Shown: positions 26,131 to 40,400, counted from the whole stretch's first letter. The stretch is DNA of 63,598 nucleotides, filler included, from Platydemus manokwari (GCA_037951405.1; 5 parts of 5 records of this genome joined end to end with filler, not necessarily neighbours in it), one strand, 5' to 3'. The notes: generated by a model from the letters alone, not told the origin. Numbers and translations are program-made.

Positions 26131-27647
26131 GTTATTTATATCACACTCCGGAAATGTATATATCCGTTTTTCATAAGTGGCGAGTTTCAACAATCGTTCG
26201 TTTAAATCCTCCGGAATATGATGAAAAATCATTTTCTAATGCTGGATTTGAACATTACGATTTGATATTTCCAGATGGAGGTGTACCTTCAGAAAAGATG
26301 GTACGGAAATTTTTTGACATTGTAGATAATGCAAATGGAGCAGTGGCTGTCCATTGTAAAGGTAGTTAAAGACTTAAATTACAAAATAACTCATATTTTT
26401 TAATAACAGCTGGCCTTGGAAGGACAGGAACATTAATAGCCTGTTATTTAATGAAACAGCATAAGTTCACCGCAGGAGAAGCTATTGCTTGGATACGAAT
26501 TTGTAGACCGGGTTCTATTATAGGGCACCAACAAAATTGGTTGATGGAGTAAAGTGCTTATGTAGTTCATTTTTGTAAAATTATAACTACTGAAAGAAAT
26601 ATCAGCTTTCCTAAGGGAAATCATTAATATCAGTATTATTAAAGCATAATTGTTCAGTAATTTATATGAAATACAATTAAAATAGGTTTAGTGAATGAAA
26701 TGGTTATGGGTCCGAATTCACAAATTAGTGATTTATTAAAGTATGGATTCATGTTTCAATCCGATACTGATTAGCATTTAGGCCAATTTTGGAATCGGTT
26801 CAATTAGAAAACTCTCGTAAGCCTTACGTTCACAGTAATTATTTTTAAATAAACTATTGTGACAAAGATTTATTGTTTTATTTAAAAATTATTTATTTAC
26901 AATCTCCTCATTTTTGAACGCATTATTGAACACGACTCTTATTAAGAACATGAATATATGAAACCAAAATCCAATTACTCACTGCTCAGTATTAAGCTAT
27001 AATTGAATTGAATACAATGATTTGGGGTATTAATTCATTCGTAAGTTCAAGGTTTTATCCAATAATTATGAATAGAAAGCACAATAAAACTATTTTGGTG
27101 GCAAAGTTAAGCTAATAATGTCATTGATTCGATCCATAAATATTTCCTGGTATGCATCACGATACTAATTTAAACGTTAAATATAGAAATAATAAGTAGA
27201 TTATTTTTTAAAAATTCTATATCTCTTTCTATTTTTTATTTTTGAGTATTAAATAATTTTTATATATAACTTTATAGTCATCAATCATGGTGCTGGAAAA
27301 TACGTTGTTCTTATCAGCAAGGGATTCTTCGACGAACCTCATCAAATAGATCAGGAGATAATAATATACCGCATGTTCCCGAAATTGTAAATGCTCTTCC
27401 TAAAAATGCTTACAATAATATTTCAGAGAAATATAAAAGTGATCCATTTATTCCACAAGGGGACATGTTAAATAGCGTCAAATCATTTAACAGAATAAAT
27501 TCATCTTTAGCCAAATCGATGAATACCAATTATATATCGAATGTTCTTTTAGATTGTGAAAATTATCCAAAATTTGGAAGAAATAAGTTGTATAATAATC
27601 GAAATAGGCAAAAGCAATTCATAGAAGCTAGTAAAAAACAGAAGTAA
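26131..27647 (+). CDS. CDC14: CDC14 dual-specificity phosphatase, 3' exons join(26131..26361,26410..26548,27278..27647); 5' exons not found in window
   Basis: Spliced product [10 protein letters not shown]...VSTIVRLN...[15 protein letters not shown]...GAVAVHCK|[16 protein letters not shown]...[23 protein letters not shown]|DHQSWCW...[10 protein letters not shown]. It has the HCKAGLGRTG catalytic loop, the FPDG loop and the C-terminal QGD motif of CDC14A/B. Introns are GT..AG and in phase. The end at 27647 could alternatively be a donor (GAA|GTAAT). Confidence 0.95.
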
Positions 27648-29993
27648 TCACTTATATTTTTGAATTATTTATATATTTAGAATTTTGGAGTAATATTTAG
27701 ATTTGGTTTATTCTAAACTGCACTTTCGTTCCAATTAAATATTAGACCAACATAAGAATTAAATTGAGAAATTATATTGCATTTATGTGCAAAACATGTT
27801 TTAGCTTGCCACAATAGAAATTAAAATATAATTAATTGTTAAAAACCTTCAGTCAATGAATGAAAGTCTTTTGTAATATGATTGTGCAAAAAATAATATT
27901 TTAGGAATATTTAAAAAATTGTAGATAGAATATAAAAGAAAATCATCGATATTTTAATTAAATCAAAATATAAAAATTAATAGAATATTCTAAAACAATT
28001 TGTTTAAGCGAATCAATTTAATAACAAGATCACTATAAAGGAGTCCAATTTTGACAAAAATCCACCAGTATTTTATGATCACTAATTTCGGTCGTTATTT
28101 TATCTTTCAGATGATAACCCCATGGTGATTTGACATTTAACTCTTGGAAATTTTGTTTTTTCTGATTAATTTTTGATTTACGTTGCCGACATTATTGAAT
28201 TTCAACAACTGTTACTTTCTAATTACAACTTTGAGAATTCAACTTTATTAACTATTCTAGTAATTGACTAGGATATTTAAACAATAAAACCGTATTTAAT
28301 AATGGAGATTATATATTGAATTAATTATTTTTATAAAATTTATAAACATGACATTTGATTTTATTCAAGAAACCATATAATTTTCCTTGCATTTACATTA
28401 TAAAGGTTGTCAAAAATACTAATGAATGCTTATTATTTTCACTATTCAATCAATAATTAATTTATAGAATAATAATAAATTGTTTCATTTAATTTTCAAA
28501 TAAAATATAAATTTTATTTTGTTTACATATTTCTTATATGCCATGATAAAGAATGGAAATTTTTCGAATTTATTTAATGCATTGAAATCCAATATATCCT
28601 TACACATTACATGCCTAAACATACATAATCGACTAAAATATAATTAAATACTTTGAACAATAAAAAATTAATTCGTTAAATTTTCGTAAAAACATCAATT
28701 TTAAATCACCATGAGAAAATATTTATTTTAAAAACTTCATAAATATAAATCCGCAAGAAAACATTGACAACATGCACAGAGTAATGCTCACAATTAATTT
28801 CTATTAGAATATAAAATCTTGTTTAGTTTGTTTAGATTTAAATGAAATGAACTCACGTTCAATGATTATAAATTCTTGAAAATCAAACAATTATAAATTG
28901 TTGACTGTGCAGTTTACAACCCAAAAAATTACTAAAATATAATAAATTTGTTTAGATTATCTGACTTTTAAACCCAATTTGACTTGTATTCTGCGTAAAA
29001 TTGTGGATAAAAAAATTATAGAAATTAAATTTATAATGCTTAGATGTTGTATTATTTAGCTTTGTCAACTTACGCAACTCAGCTGAAAGTCCACTAAATA
29101 TGTTGAAGAGGCCTATTTTCTATCAATCACCAACTATGGAACTTAATAGTAAATTAGATTTCTTAATTTTCGATTATTATATTTCAAATACCTTTTTAAT
29201 CATGGGACAAATTTTGATAATTTTTAATTTAAATAATAATTTAATCCAATAAAAAATTGGCTAAAAATTATTTGAAAATTAAATTCACAAAAATATTCAA
29301 GAATTTACTGGAAATGACATCGTATTATATTTCTTGTTATATTTGTTTAGATTATTTTAATTCTATATTAGAAAAACATTTATTCACAAAAAACATTTAT
29401 TTTTATGAACCTTCGAAAATTAATATTTTAGTAAAACCCGGTTACTTAACAGTTGATTAAATCGAAACATTAAAACATCAAAATTAAGATTTGAACACAA
29501 ACATCAATATTTAAAATAAATAATTTGATAATTAACAAATTTTTATAAATGTATTCTTTGTTAATGAACATCTAATTGGATTTATGCTTAGCAATGCTCA
29601 TTTATTATTCAGATTCAACAATAATCCCGGACTTTGACATCAGACAACAAACGACAAGATTTTCGGTAAAAAGAAATTAGTAAAAATCAAATTATTTTCA
29701 TACATTTTGTTTTCCTTTACAGAAATCAAAAATGCGTTAACACTGACAGAATCATTCTGATTTTTAGATAAATAAAAACATCATTTTTTTGACAATAAAC
29801 AATTATTAATAAAAAAAATGAACAATAATTAATCACAAACGGCAATATAATGACAGAAATCTTCTCTTTATTAATTATTAATGCTTCATGATAAATTAGC
29901 TCTCGTATAAGAATTAAAAACTGAAATTTAAATAACGCTATAGAGCAATAAAAATAAAATAGATTGATATATAAATAATCAAACATCTTTAAG

Positions 29994-30650
29994 TTATTTC
30001 ATCACTAATTGATCTATATTGCGCTGCAAAATGGTATCTTTCATGGCATTAAACACAGTTTCAATGTTTCGTTGGTCTATAGCAGTTGTAAAATGACGGT
30101 AAAGAGTCCGTTTTTTATATCCAGGTTGACCAACTAATGATGATCTGTTTGCATTTTGATTGACATGAGAATGAGCACCAGGATTATCAACGAATGATAC
30201 AAATGAATCAACTAAAAACTGTTGAACATGCTGTAAATTATGCGGATCACTTCGTTCAGGGAATTCTGGAAATTCGTTGCGAATGTCTGATATTTTAGAG
30301 GCGATTTTTTCTGATAAAACATCCGTTTTGTTGAAAAATATTATTACAGAAACGGTAAGGAAACATTGGACATTGATTAAATCTTCAAATACTCTCATTG
30401 CTTCACGTAATTTATTTCGAGTATCCTTGGACATTTTGTCATGATATTGTTCGTCGAAATGGCTACTAGCGATAAGAAACAATACACTATTCATATCTTG
30501 AAACACTTGGCACCATTTCTTTCTTTCTTTAGTTTGACCACCAACATCAATAAAAATAATACTAGAGCCATGGATATCGATTTCTTCTTCTATTATCGAA
30601 TCCGTTGGTTTTCTTGACCATACAATATCTTCATTAGTTGGTTGATAATC
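29994..30650 (-). CDS. Heterotrimeric G protein alpha subunit, G12/13 (concertina)-like, terminal exon; upstream exons not located
   Basis: Acceptor TAG at 30653-30651, then an open frame DYQPTNEDIVWSRKPTDSI (G2), IDVGGQ (G3), FFNKTD (G4), HFTTAID (G5), ending MKDTILQRNIDQLVMK*. The ending resembles the G12/13 C-termini (ILQENLKDIMLQ / LHDNLKQLMLQ). Confidence 0.9.
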   Translation of the reverse strand, partial: DYQPTNEDIVWSRKPTDSIIEEEIDIHGSSIIFIDVGGQTKERKKWCQVFQDMNSVLFLIASSHFDEQYHDKMSKDTRNKLREAMRVFEDLINVQCFLTVSVIIFFNKTDVLSEKIASKISDIRNEFPEFPERSDPHNLQHVQQFLVDSFVSFVDNPGAHSHVNQNANRSSLVGQPGYKKRTLYRHFTTAIDQRNIETVFNAMKDTILQRNIDQLVMK

Positions 30651-33600
30651 CTACGAAAGTTATATGAAAAAATTCATTAAAAAAATATATGAATTAACTT
30701 CACTGTGAATTTAAACTGAACGGGAATTATTTAGAATTGTAAAAATATTATATTAAGTTTCACATAAACAAATATTGTTCTAAATACAGTGCACTTTTTG
30801 TTTGATTAAAATTTCTTACACTCATTTCAAAGGTTCTTATACTCATTGATGATTGAACCCGTAATAATTTTAACAAATAGTTCATCGATAGATCAGTTTA
30901 GTGGCCTTTTCTACTCACCAATATGTGATAGTACATTTTATCCACCATAAACACTTCCATGAAATAACATATTAAATAAGCACATGCTTCTATACACCCG
31001 TTGGAATAGCATTTTGATTTCTAATCATTCAGTCTTTTATTTTAACAAAGTGACTTGATGCTTTAAACGAAATTCTCGACAAATATTATTATTATTTTAA
31101 TAGTACAAATTGATAAAATTATAATTAAATTATTCATACAACAAAAATTATATGATTATATATAATCACTGTTGAAAGAAAACAAATTAAAAATACATAC
31201 AATCTTTGCAGATATCAGTCAGCTAAAATAATTTTATTTTGTTACAACAGTAAAAACCAAATTATAAACAACCGTCATTGTCATAGAAATTAAAATACTG
31301 AAGATAACGTTTAATTTTGTCTATATTGTTTTCATAATTATACAATTCTATGTAAAACTTATTAGAAATCGATATAATTGAAAGTGTATTTTTACCAATT
31401 TTATCATAGACTACAACCATTAAAACATAAACACCAAATCTATAAATCTCATTTTAAAATATACAAAACATTTAACTGAGAGATACATTGATATTGAATC
31501 AAAATGCAATTACAACAAGTGCCAAAGATTCTGTGGAATGTACTTACGAAGTTGAATAAAATTATGATGAGTTGTGAAATCACTGAACAAATCATACAGT
31601 GATGTATTGAGGTTTTATTCAATACTGATGAGCAAAGAAGTATATGAAACCGATCTATTGGTGGAGTACTTTTTGAAAATGCCAATGGTTCAAACAAGTC
31701 ACTCTTATAATCATTAGACTTTACTTAAAAATGAAATCAATCATGTTAGATCTAATATTCAAGATTTAAATTTGAATAAGCATTGCTTATTTATGAAAAA
31801 TAATAATAATAACATTAAAGAAGTATTAAGAAAATTCGTAAAAAATAATAGGTTTTACAAATTTGAAATGACAATATCAATGGTGATTTTAAAATATAAG
31901 AATATAAATATGATAAGAGCATAAAAAATGATGTTTCAACATATGAATTACACACATTAACAAAATTCAAAATGCAATTATATTAAGATAGCTAAAGTTA
32001 CATTACTCTTAATAACTTTTACAGATAGATTTGTAGTTGCAACTGATTCTCATCAGAGATATATAATTGATACATAACTAATAAATGGACAATAGCAAAA
32101 TAGGTTTCAAATTATGCTCACCAATGAATTTAATAATATTAACAATCATTATAATAAAATGGAATATTTATAATGTAGTTTAATATCCATTAAAAATTAA
32201 TATTTAAAAATAAAAACAATTTCTTCCAATGATAATATGGTGGGATAAATATAAATCTATGTTAAAATGAGACAGATAAACAGAATGTATGTAAAAATTC
32301 TGTTCTGAAAAAGAGCACCGGAAAAGAAGTTATTTTAGATAAAGTAAAATAAAAATCAAAACGCCGAATATCCGTTGATTAAAACAAAGGACTGCTCCTA
32401 AGCAAGAATATTTTTATAAAATAGTCAGAGTTAAATCTCTATAAAGTTTAAGGTTTGAGAGATCTTTAAAGGCTTTCCAGCGGTAAAATATCTGTTAATT
32501 ACAACATTAAATATTGTACTGACCTTTGATAATATGTAAACGTAAAAATTTGTTTCATCTATAGCATAAAAATAAATGATCACGATAATCGATGCTAACT
32601 ACTTTCAACAGATACTTTTTAGTAGAAACAATATTAGTCGACATAATTATCATTGATTTATTTTATGATTTTAGAATTTAAAAATTATTTATTTTTCTTG
32701 TGTGAAATAACAATTCAAACGAGTCTCGAATCAATAAGACACTTTTTACTATCGATTCAAACTTTTTCAGATATCAAAATGATGTTTTGTTTGGTATTGT
32801 TTACATAATTTTTCATCCAACAAATTTGACCAAAATTGAAATCCTTAAAAATAAATTATATTGTTGTGAAACTCGGTAAGTGCAAATAAAAAATTATTTA
32901 ATTAAAAGTGCAATTAATTCAAAAATACTAAAACTGCTAAACGATGAATTACGAAACATTGACGTAAGTATTGATAACTATTTGGTGGACTGAGGATGTT
33001 AAAATAAAATCTTTAAATTACCCATCATTTATCCAAATAAAAGTAGCCAATTATCAAAACAATAATCGATATTTATTGATTATAAATATTGAAAATATCA
33101 TTCAAAAACATTAAAATGATTATCATATATAACAAACTTTGTTCATGAACTACCTGAATATATTATTCACCCTTCTGATAAGTGAATCATTAATTAAATA
33201 AAAATAATAAATTGAAATAAAACTTTCGAGAATAAAAATTTAGCAAATAAATTATTGGTATCTGTAATTTATTTGTCCAAATAAAATGTGCATTCGTGGC
33301 TAATGAACAACTATGGCCTGGATACCCTAATAGAAGCAATCATGACGTAGAATTTTTTCAAGAGATATGTCACACTTTTTGAATTTCACTAATAGTCCAG
33401 CGATTACTTCAAATTGTCTATCTTATAGACCAAGGAACGAAATTGATCACTTTCGAAAGAAATTAGTTCAATACAAGTCATGTGGAAATCTTTTATAAAG
33501 AATATTTTTATTTAAATTTGATAAACTGTATTTTTGTAATTCAATTTCAATCCTCGTTCCGCTTGATATTTTGATTTCTTACGATGAGCATATTCATTTT

Positions 33601-35269
33601 TCGCGGAATATCCAGCGCTTCATGTGTATTATTTACAATTCAAAGTTGTGATAATTCCAGTGGGAATGAAAATAAACGATTCCGCGGATGTAAAAATTAT
33701 TATTTCTGTATCAAATTATTTAAAAACAAATTCAGAGTGAAAATGAGATCAAGTTTCTTTAAAAAACTCAAATCTCTTTACAGATTCAATGAATGCAATA
33801 AATTTTGGAAATTATTATCTTAAAGTACGGGCCCAGTTGTTATTAAATCAAAGGATATTGTCAAATAGGCTAATAATAATTTTTTTACAATAACTGTAAA
33901 ATATTATTATTATTTTCAAATATTTCTCATTTATAAATTATAGAAGATAAATGTTTATTGTTCTAATATCACTAAAAACATGATATTCCATTTGTTTATC
34001 ATCCAAATCAGTTATATCAGAATCTCTCAATAAATCTCAACCAATTGTCAAGCAACATTCAATCTGCAAATATAACACCGTTAATATTATACTTAGGCGT
34101 TTATTATTAACGTTTCGAAATCATGAAGATTTTTTTACTTCTTTTTTACAAATATTCTATTTCTTTTTTGTAAATGAAATTGAAATTTTAATTTATAAAT
34201 TTTTCATTAAAAAAAGATAATTATAAATTTAAATTAGAAGACTTAGTTTCATACAAGCAGAACAAATAACAAAAATTACAAACATATTAATAAATATCAC
34301 GTTAAAATAGCTTTATTTAGTTGTTGTATTATTATGAATGTAAGACAATCAATATTATAAAACGAGTCCGATTTGTTGGAAAAAAATATTTTAAATATAC
34401 ATTAATGAATATGCTCGCTGTGTCTGTAAAACACATTAAATATATTCGAAGATATTATTTAGAAAATTTTTACAAAACTTGACATGAATAATGTTCTAGC
34501 GAGATGAGTTTTGAGATTGTAAATATCTAACTAAACATTGTGTTTACATTTATAAAAATTTAGAAAAATTGAGTTATTTGAAATAAAAACAGTAGAATTA
34601 AACCAGTGATCTACAATTATTTAACACACAAGTGTTATCAATATAATACAGCATTGTTGGTTTATAGATCAACCTTTCAGCAATGTCTTATAAGATAATC
34701 TTTTAGCAGCAAATTACGTACCGGATTACAAAGGTTTGATCAAAGATCTTAATTAAATGTCGCAGTTTGTTATAAAAAAGTATTGCGTAAGAAACTCCTA
34801 TTAATTTTTTTCTTTTCTATAAATATTTATAAATTATTACTTCTCTAGAATGTGATATTAATTAAGTTAATTCAAGTTTTATTATATCGATCTATATTTG
34901 CGTGCTTATATGATATACAGTGACTCGAAGCAATATAAAAAAAATATGAACACTGCTTTCATCGACCCCTGACTTAAATGTTTTAAACATGTTACCATTC
35001 GAATAAATTTTATGAAACTACTTAGGTTTTGTATGATTAAATATCTAAGGTAAATTGATTAGATATTTTTTAATTCACAATAAGAATGTGTTTTAGTCAT
35101 CAGTACTACATAGATTATCAAATCACAAACACTAAATTTAATGCTATGGTTGTTTCTTTGTAAAGCTGGACTCTATGTAATCCAAATAAGTACAACCATT
35201 AATTTCGAAGTATTCATTACCAAACTCTAAAAAAATATCAAATTAAGACAATAAGGTATAATTCATATA

Positions 35270-35859
35270 TAGGGCGGCAAATTTGCATATTAATATTTAT
35301 AAGGAAATTGATAATATCAATAAAATTAAGTTCTAAATTCTTAATCTACGATGTCACAAATACTTGAAAACGATTATTTTATTTTGTATTTAGCTTCATT
35401 TCAAAATGAAACGATCTGAGAACGAAGCGCTGTTTAAGCGCGTGATTTCCTACTTTCAAAATCAAGCGTTGGGTTCAAAGATCACAACAGTAAAACATTT
35501 TCAAAATGAAGGAATTCATCGAAATACTATTTATAAAATGTTAAAAAGGTTTGAAACTACAAATTCTACCAGTTATCGTAAACTTCCAGGCAGATCTGTT
35601 AAAGTAGCTACTCCCAAACTAATTAAAACAGTTTCAAGCCAGTTTCAAAAGGATCCTTCAACTTCAACCTATGCTGTGGCCAAACGCTTCGGAGCTAGTC
35701 AACCAACAGTGTGGCGAACAAAAACTCATAAGTTAGGGATTAAGACGTATACAAAACAAAGTGCCCCAAAATATGTTAAGGATCAAGCTCAGCGTGCAAA
35801 GTCCGGATGTCGCCGTGTGTACAGAAAACAACTTTCGAAAGTGTTAGTGATTGATGACG
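35270..35859 (+). mobile_element. Tc1/mariner superfamily transposon, 5' half (ITmD37E/DD37E-like); transposase ORF 35406..>35859 cut by gap
   Basis: Uninterrupted 151-codon ORF with paired HTHs (RNTIYKMLKRFE...PGR; STYAVAKRFGASQPTVWR), CRRVYR and VLVIDD at the first catalytic Asp (compare MDDETY in DD37E elements). A TIR-like TA|TAGGGCGGC lies at about 35270. Confidence 0.85.
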
Positions 35860-35959
35860 NNNNNNNNNNNNNNNNNNNNNNNNNNNNNNNNNNNNNNNNN
35901 NNNTTAATTAATTAANNNNNNNNNNNNNNNNNNNNNNNNNNNNNNNNNNNNNNNNNNNN
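35860..35959. other. Artificial scaffold linker N44-TTAATTAATTAA-N44
   Basis: Same construct as 9606-9705. Confidence 0.97.

Positions 35960-36029
<70 letters not shown>
35960..36029. repeat. (AAT)n microsatellite
   Basis: Perfect trinucleotide run next to the gap. Confidence 0.98.
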
Positions 36030-36030
<1 letters not shown>

Positions 36031-37266
36031 CAAAATTATATTTATAATAATAAACAATATTATAATAATATTCCTAAGGTAAATTCAGGAAAATATTTGC
36101 AAATAAATGTTATTCGATATCGTTAAAAAACGAAACTATTTAAAAAAAATTTCAGTTCAATTCGAAATGTGATTAATATGATTATTACAAATGATAGTCT
36201 GTTGTTGAAATGTATATTTAAATTTGCATCTGTATCCATAGCAATAAGATTTTTCTTGATTGCATGTGGATATTTCTGTGACTGAACTGCATCAGTCTGT
36301 AAATTGTGAATTAATTCTTGTTTGATATCAACACAAATAAATATTAACTTGTCCATTATCTACTAACCAGCTGGGTGTCTAAACACTTTGTGGTTGATGA
36401 GATGATTGATGAAATTTGTGCGAATTGTTTTGCGTACGATTTCATGATGAATTTTAATTTGTGTTTTGCCACATCAATGAATTCGAAGATTTTATCAAGT
36501 CAACAATAACATCCGACTTTGCTGTCTACAATTAATTTCTTAAAATTAACATTTGTACATAGAATGATTATAGAACTTACAGATTCAATCAGATTCAATC
36601 GAAATAAAAGAATCTCATTGCTCCAGCATAGTGTTTATTTTTAGATATCCTTTACAAGATATCAATCGATAAAAAAAAATCTCTCATAAATACAGGAACA
36701 TTCCTTTCGTTACCGCCTAATTTCCAACAACTTGTCATTCACTTATATAACAGGCTCCAGGGTTTTCTAAATTTCTTTTTCCACTCTAAATATTCAAGAC
36801 ATTTTAAATAATTTAATTGCGAATTTCATTCAAAACTGAGTGACGCCCAATAAAAATTTTATTTTAAAATGTGAAAACAAATATTCGAAACAAAAGAATA
36901 ATTTTATCAAATGAAATGAGAAATTTAAATCCAATTATAGAGAATGAAACAAAGTTGATTTATATGAGTGAATCTTTTAATGGATTGGACGATATTCAGT
37001 GAATATTATTAAATATATTGAGATTTTCATCACACATAAATATACTTCGAATTGATATCTGATTTCTCATGGTTTTCAGTGACTCTATGAATCATTTTAA
37101 GTATTTATTTTCTTGTATTGCTTTTTTATTTTATTCCATTTATTGAAATTTTCCTTTAAATATTAAACAAAACTTTTTCTATGCCATTTAATCAAAATTT
37201 TAAAAATATTCAGAGATTTGACCAATCTTTTATGGTTATATATGATAGACAGAAGTCGATTCTTAT

Positions 37267-37490
37267 GAAATTTCCGGTAAGAAAGTTTCCTTGCCTGCCT
37301 ATATTGATGATATTGCATTGATGGTCGGATTTATTAATCATTTACTAACCATATTGAGCATGGTCTACAAACTCGCAACCAAGTATAATTTTGTGTTCCA
37401 ACAGCAGATTTGTCTTTATCCGTCACTACCCTTTAGGAATGACAAGTACGATGAGGTCATGATAAACCTGCAAAGTATGGTAAATTGAGA
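37267..37490 (+). pseudogene. Non-LTR retrotransposon reverse transcriptase fragment; decayed coding-like sequence may extend to about 38400
   Basis: EISGKKVSLPAYIDDIALMVG...LLTILSMVYKLATKYNFVFQQQIC matches the RT 'LAYADDIAL...L..L.......GLxFNxxKC' block. Confidence 0.65.
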
Positions 37491-40400
37491 TTTGATTGGT
37501 CATCAGAATATAGATGAAATAAAATCAAAAATTAAGAGAATTCAAAAGATCAAAGAAGGCTGTTAAGTCAAGCAATTTGATTTCTTGTTCCTGAGGAGCT
37601 GTACGAAAGATATTAAGTCTACCTCACCATTCTAATGCTTGGCATAGTTACATGAATAAAGTGAATAAAAGTGCTAGTCTCTGGAAATTGATGGATTAAT
37701 ATCATATTCAAGAGGTTAATGATCAATGTTCCACATCTTGTAATTTGGTATTTTATCAAAAAGTCGCTAATCAAAGACTCTAGAGCAAGAATCTCTGTTC
37801 CTATCGGCTTATTAGACAATACATTTGAGCTAAAATGTTTTCAATTGTCTGTTTTGAACCATCTTGTTATGATGGCGTCAAAAAATAATGGTTACTGAGA
37901 GTAGTCAGTGCTGTTGAATATTTTTAAACCAAATCACTTGACAGTATTGGAGTTTGAACTCGATGGAAATAGCTTTTGTATTTGCATGAACAATACTGTT
38001 TTTGAAACATTAGTGATTGATAAGTAAGCGCAAGCGTCAAGGAAATACATATTCTTCATCAAGCACTTATTGATTCGAAAATGACTAATGAATTGCAAAT
38101 CAAAAAAATTGGATATATATTTTGTTATCGATGACAAGTGTTTTACAGTTGATTCCTGTATTCACCGGATCTGATAATGAATGTCAACCATATCTCGTTA
38201 GATATCTAAAAGATTATGGATGAATATATACATTGAGGATTCTAACTACATTTATTTGAAAAATTTATTTGAAGAACGTTAAATACCCTCTTCGGTAATG
38301 CCGATTAAAACAATCTTATCCATTATGCAACGCTTCAGGTGAGAGTCAAGGAAGAGAACTTCGAAATCCTTATAACCATTGGTAACTTATAATTTAATTT
38401 GAAAATATTATTAGAAACTGAACTAATATTTATTTTTCATTTTTCTGGCAGTCAGAATTCAACATCCGATCTTTATTTGATCATCCATTTTCGTTTAGGA
38501 TGCTGCCTTGTGGTCAAGCAACCTGTCTACTGTATACGAGTCGAATTTTGAAGCAATTTTTAATATTTAATAGTAAAATATAAATTTTAAGCGGTTTAAC
38601 ATTTGTTAGTGCTTTTTATCGATTTGTCAAGAATATGTTGTCAAGGATACAAATAAACAATTTTAAATTATTAACCACAGTCAATGATATGACAAGAACT
38701 GCAGAATTTCTAATTCATTAAGTTTGCAGAATTAGCTGAGTAAGAGATGAAACGACTTTGGTTGGTAGTGTAGTTAGATAAAATGTATGTCTTCTGAATA
38801 TACTGTGAAAAACTTTTGCTAATAAAATGAAATTGTGATTACCATTACAATGGTGTTATGTAATGCAAATATTTAAATCCAACAATAAATCATAAACCAA
38901 TTTTTCAATAATTTGACTCAAATTCAGTTTGGTTCGATAACCAGTATAAATATATTCAAATCATATTAAGAAAAAACATGAATAAAATCAGTAAATAAAA
39001 TCATGAAAAATTTCTAAATTAAAAATTTGAGTTATTAAATCGATGTCACCAAAAATCGAAAATCCATTCATCATTCAACATATAATATTAGTAATTTATT
39101 TCGTTCAATATCATCCAATTAAAAATCAAATAGTTTATAGTTGTACTGATTAGTCCGTGGGTTAGACAAAAACTTGTAACTTTTGATCTTTGGTGTCAGT
39201 AATTATTTGGTTATCCGAAATCTAGTACCAACAATTTAAATGTTTTTTCAATCATAAGTCGATACAGTAGACTACTGGCATGTTTAATAATCTAATATCA
39301 CCTATTTTGTGAAATGTTTGTAAAAATTTAAAGTATCTCTCAATTGGTTCTAATGTTAATAAATGAGCCCTCGCTAATTTGTAATAAAATGCAATGTGAT
39401 CTACTTTGTCCCTTTTTTCAATTAATAAAATTTCAGAAGATTTTAAATCTCTAGTGCATTTAATATTTGTTTTAAACAACTAAAATTCTTCTTAAATATT
39501 AAATAAAAGATTCAAAATGTTTATAATTTTTGTAATTAAATGAACTATGTAAATTTTTGAGGTATGATCAGCAAATTAAAATTTTATTTTAGGACCTCTT
39601 TTCTTAACTTCGTCCTGGAATTTCTTTGACTGAGCATGAAATTTGTTTTTTCATTAATAATAATTATGCAATTTATTTATTGGGCTTGACTTGTTCTATG
39701 GAACAGTGTAAAATGATCTTAATTAGATCAAAATTAACCAGATTATTGTGAGACAAATTTTAACGTGTAACTGTTCGTGTAAGTTTTACAGAAATTTAAC
39801 ACTTAATGGTTATTAAATAAATTAAAATTTAAAATATTTATTATCAGAATTTAAATTATAAATATTAATTATCATTTTTATTATTTTTTATTTTTTGATT
39901 ATGCTTATGACATTTCAATTAGCTTGCAATATGTGATTTAAAGAGTTATAGCGGCTTACACAACGACTACACATTTGGATTCGATTCTAAGAATATCAGT
40001 GCTAGGAAAGTATAGAAGAGAAGGAGGAAGATATGGAGAAAATATAGATGAGATATAAAGAAGATTGAGGAAATAGGAGTTTTAATATAAATAGATATCT
40101 AGAGAATAACCAACAAATTCCATCGCCTATATTTATGTTTTAATATCTTTGAAAAGTTTATTTTTGAAATGAAATGACAAAACCTAAATAATTCAAACAA
40201 ATATTTTTCTCTCACTGTAGGTTAATTTTAAGTAAAAAATTTTACAATAATGATTGAAAATTTTGCAACTACTTACAAAATCAGATCCTGGACTTGCTTC
40301 TCAAGCTCGACAAAGTCCATGGATTCTACATGAGTTCTTACCGTGATACTAAGTAGTTCTGAAATTTCATTTAATATCTTGGAGATGGAACTAGATACGT

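Noticed and set aside
31624-31652. CTGATGA...GAAAC on the plus strand
   Set aside because: The intervening sequence cannot form stem II and there is no stem I/III pairing.
32113-32130. Minus-strand FIGEH as a candidate L1 FIGxY exon
   Set aside because: It lacks the preceding EDGS and the Tyr, sits in AT-rich non-coding context and lies beyond a linker.
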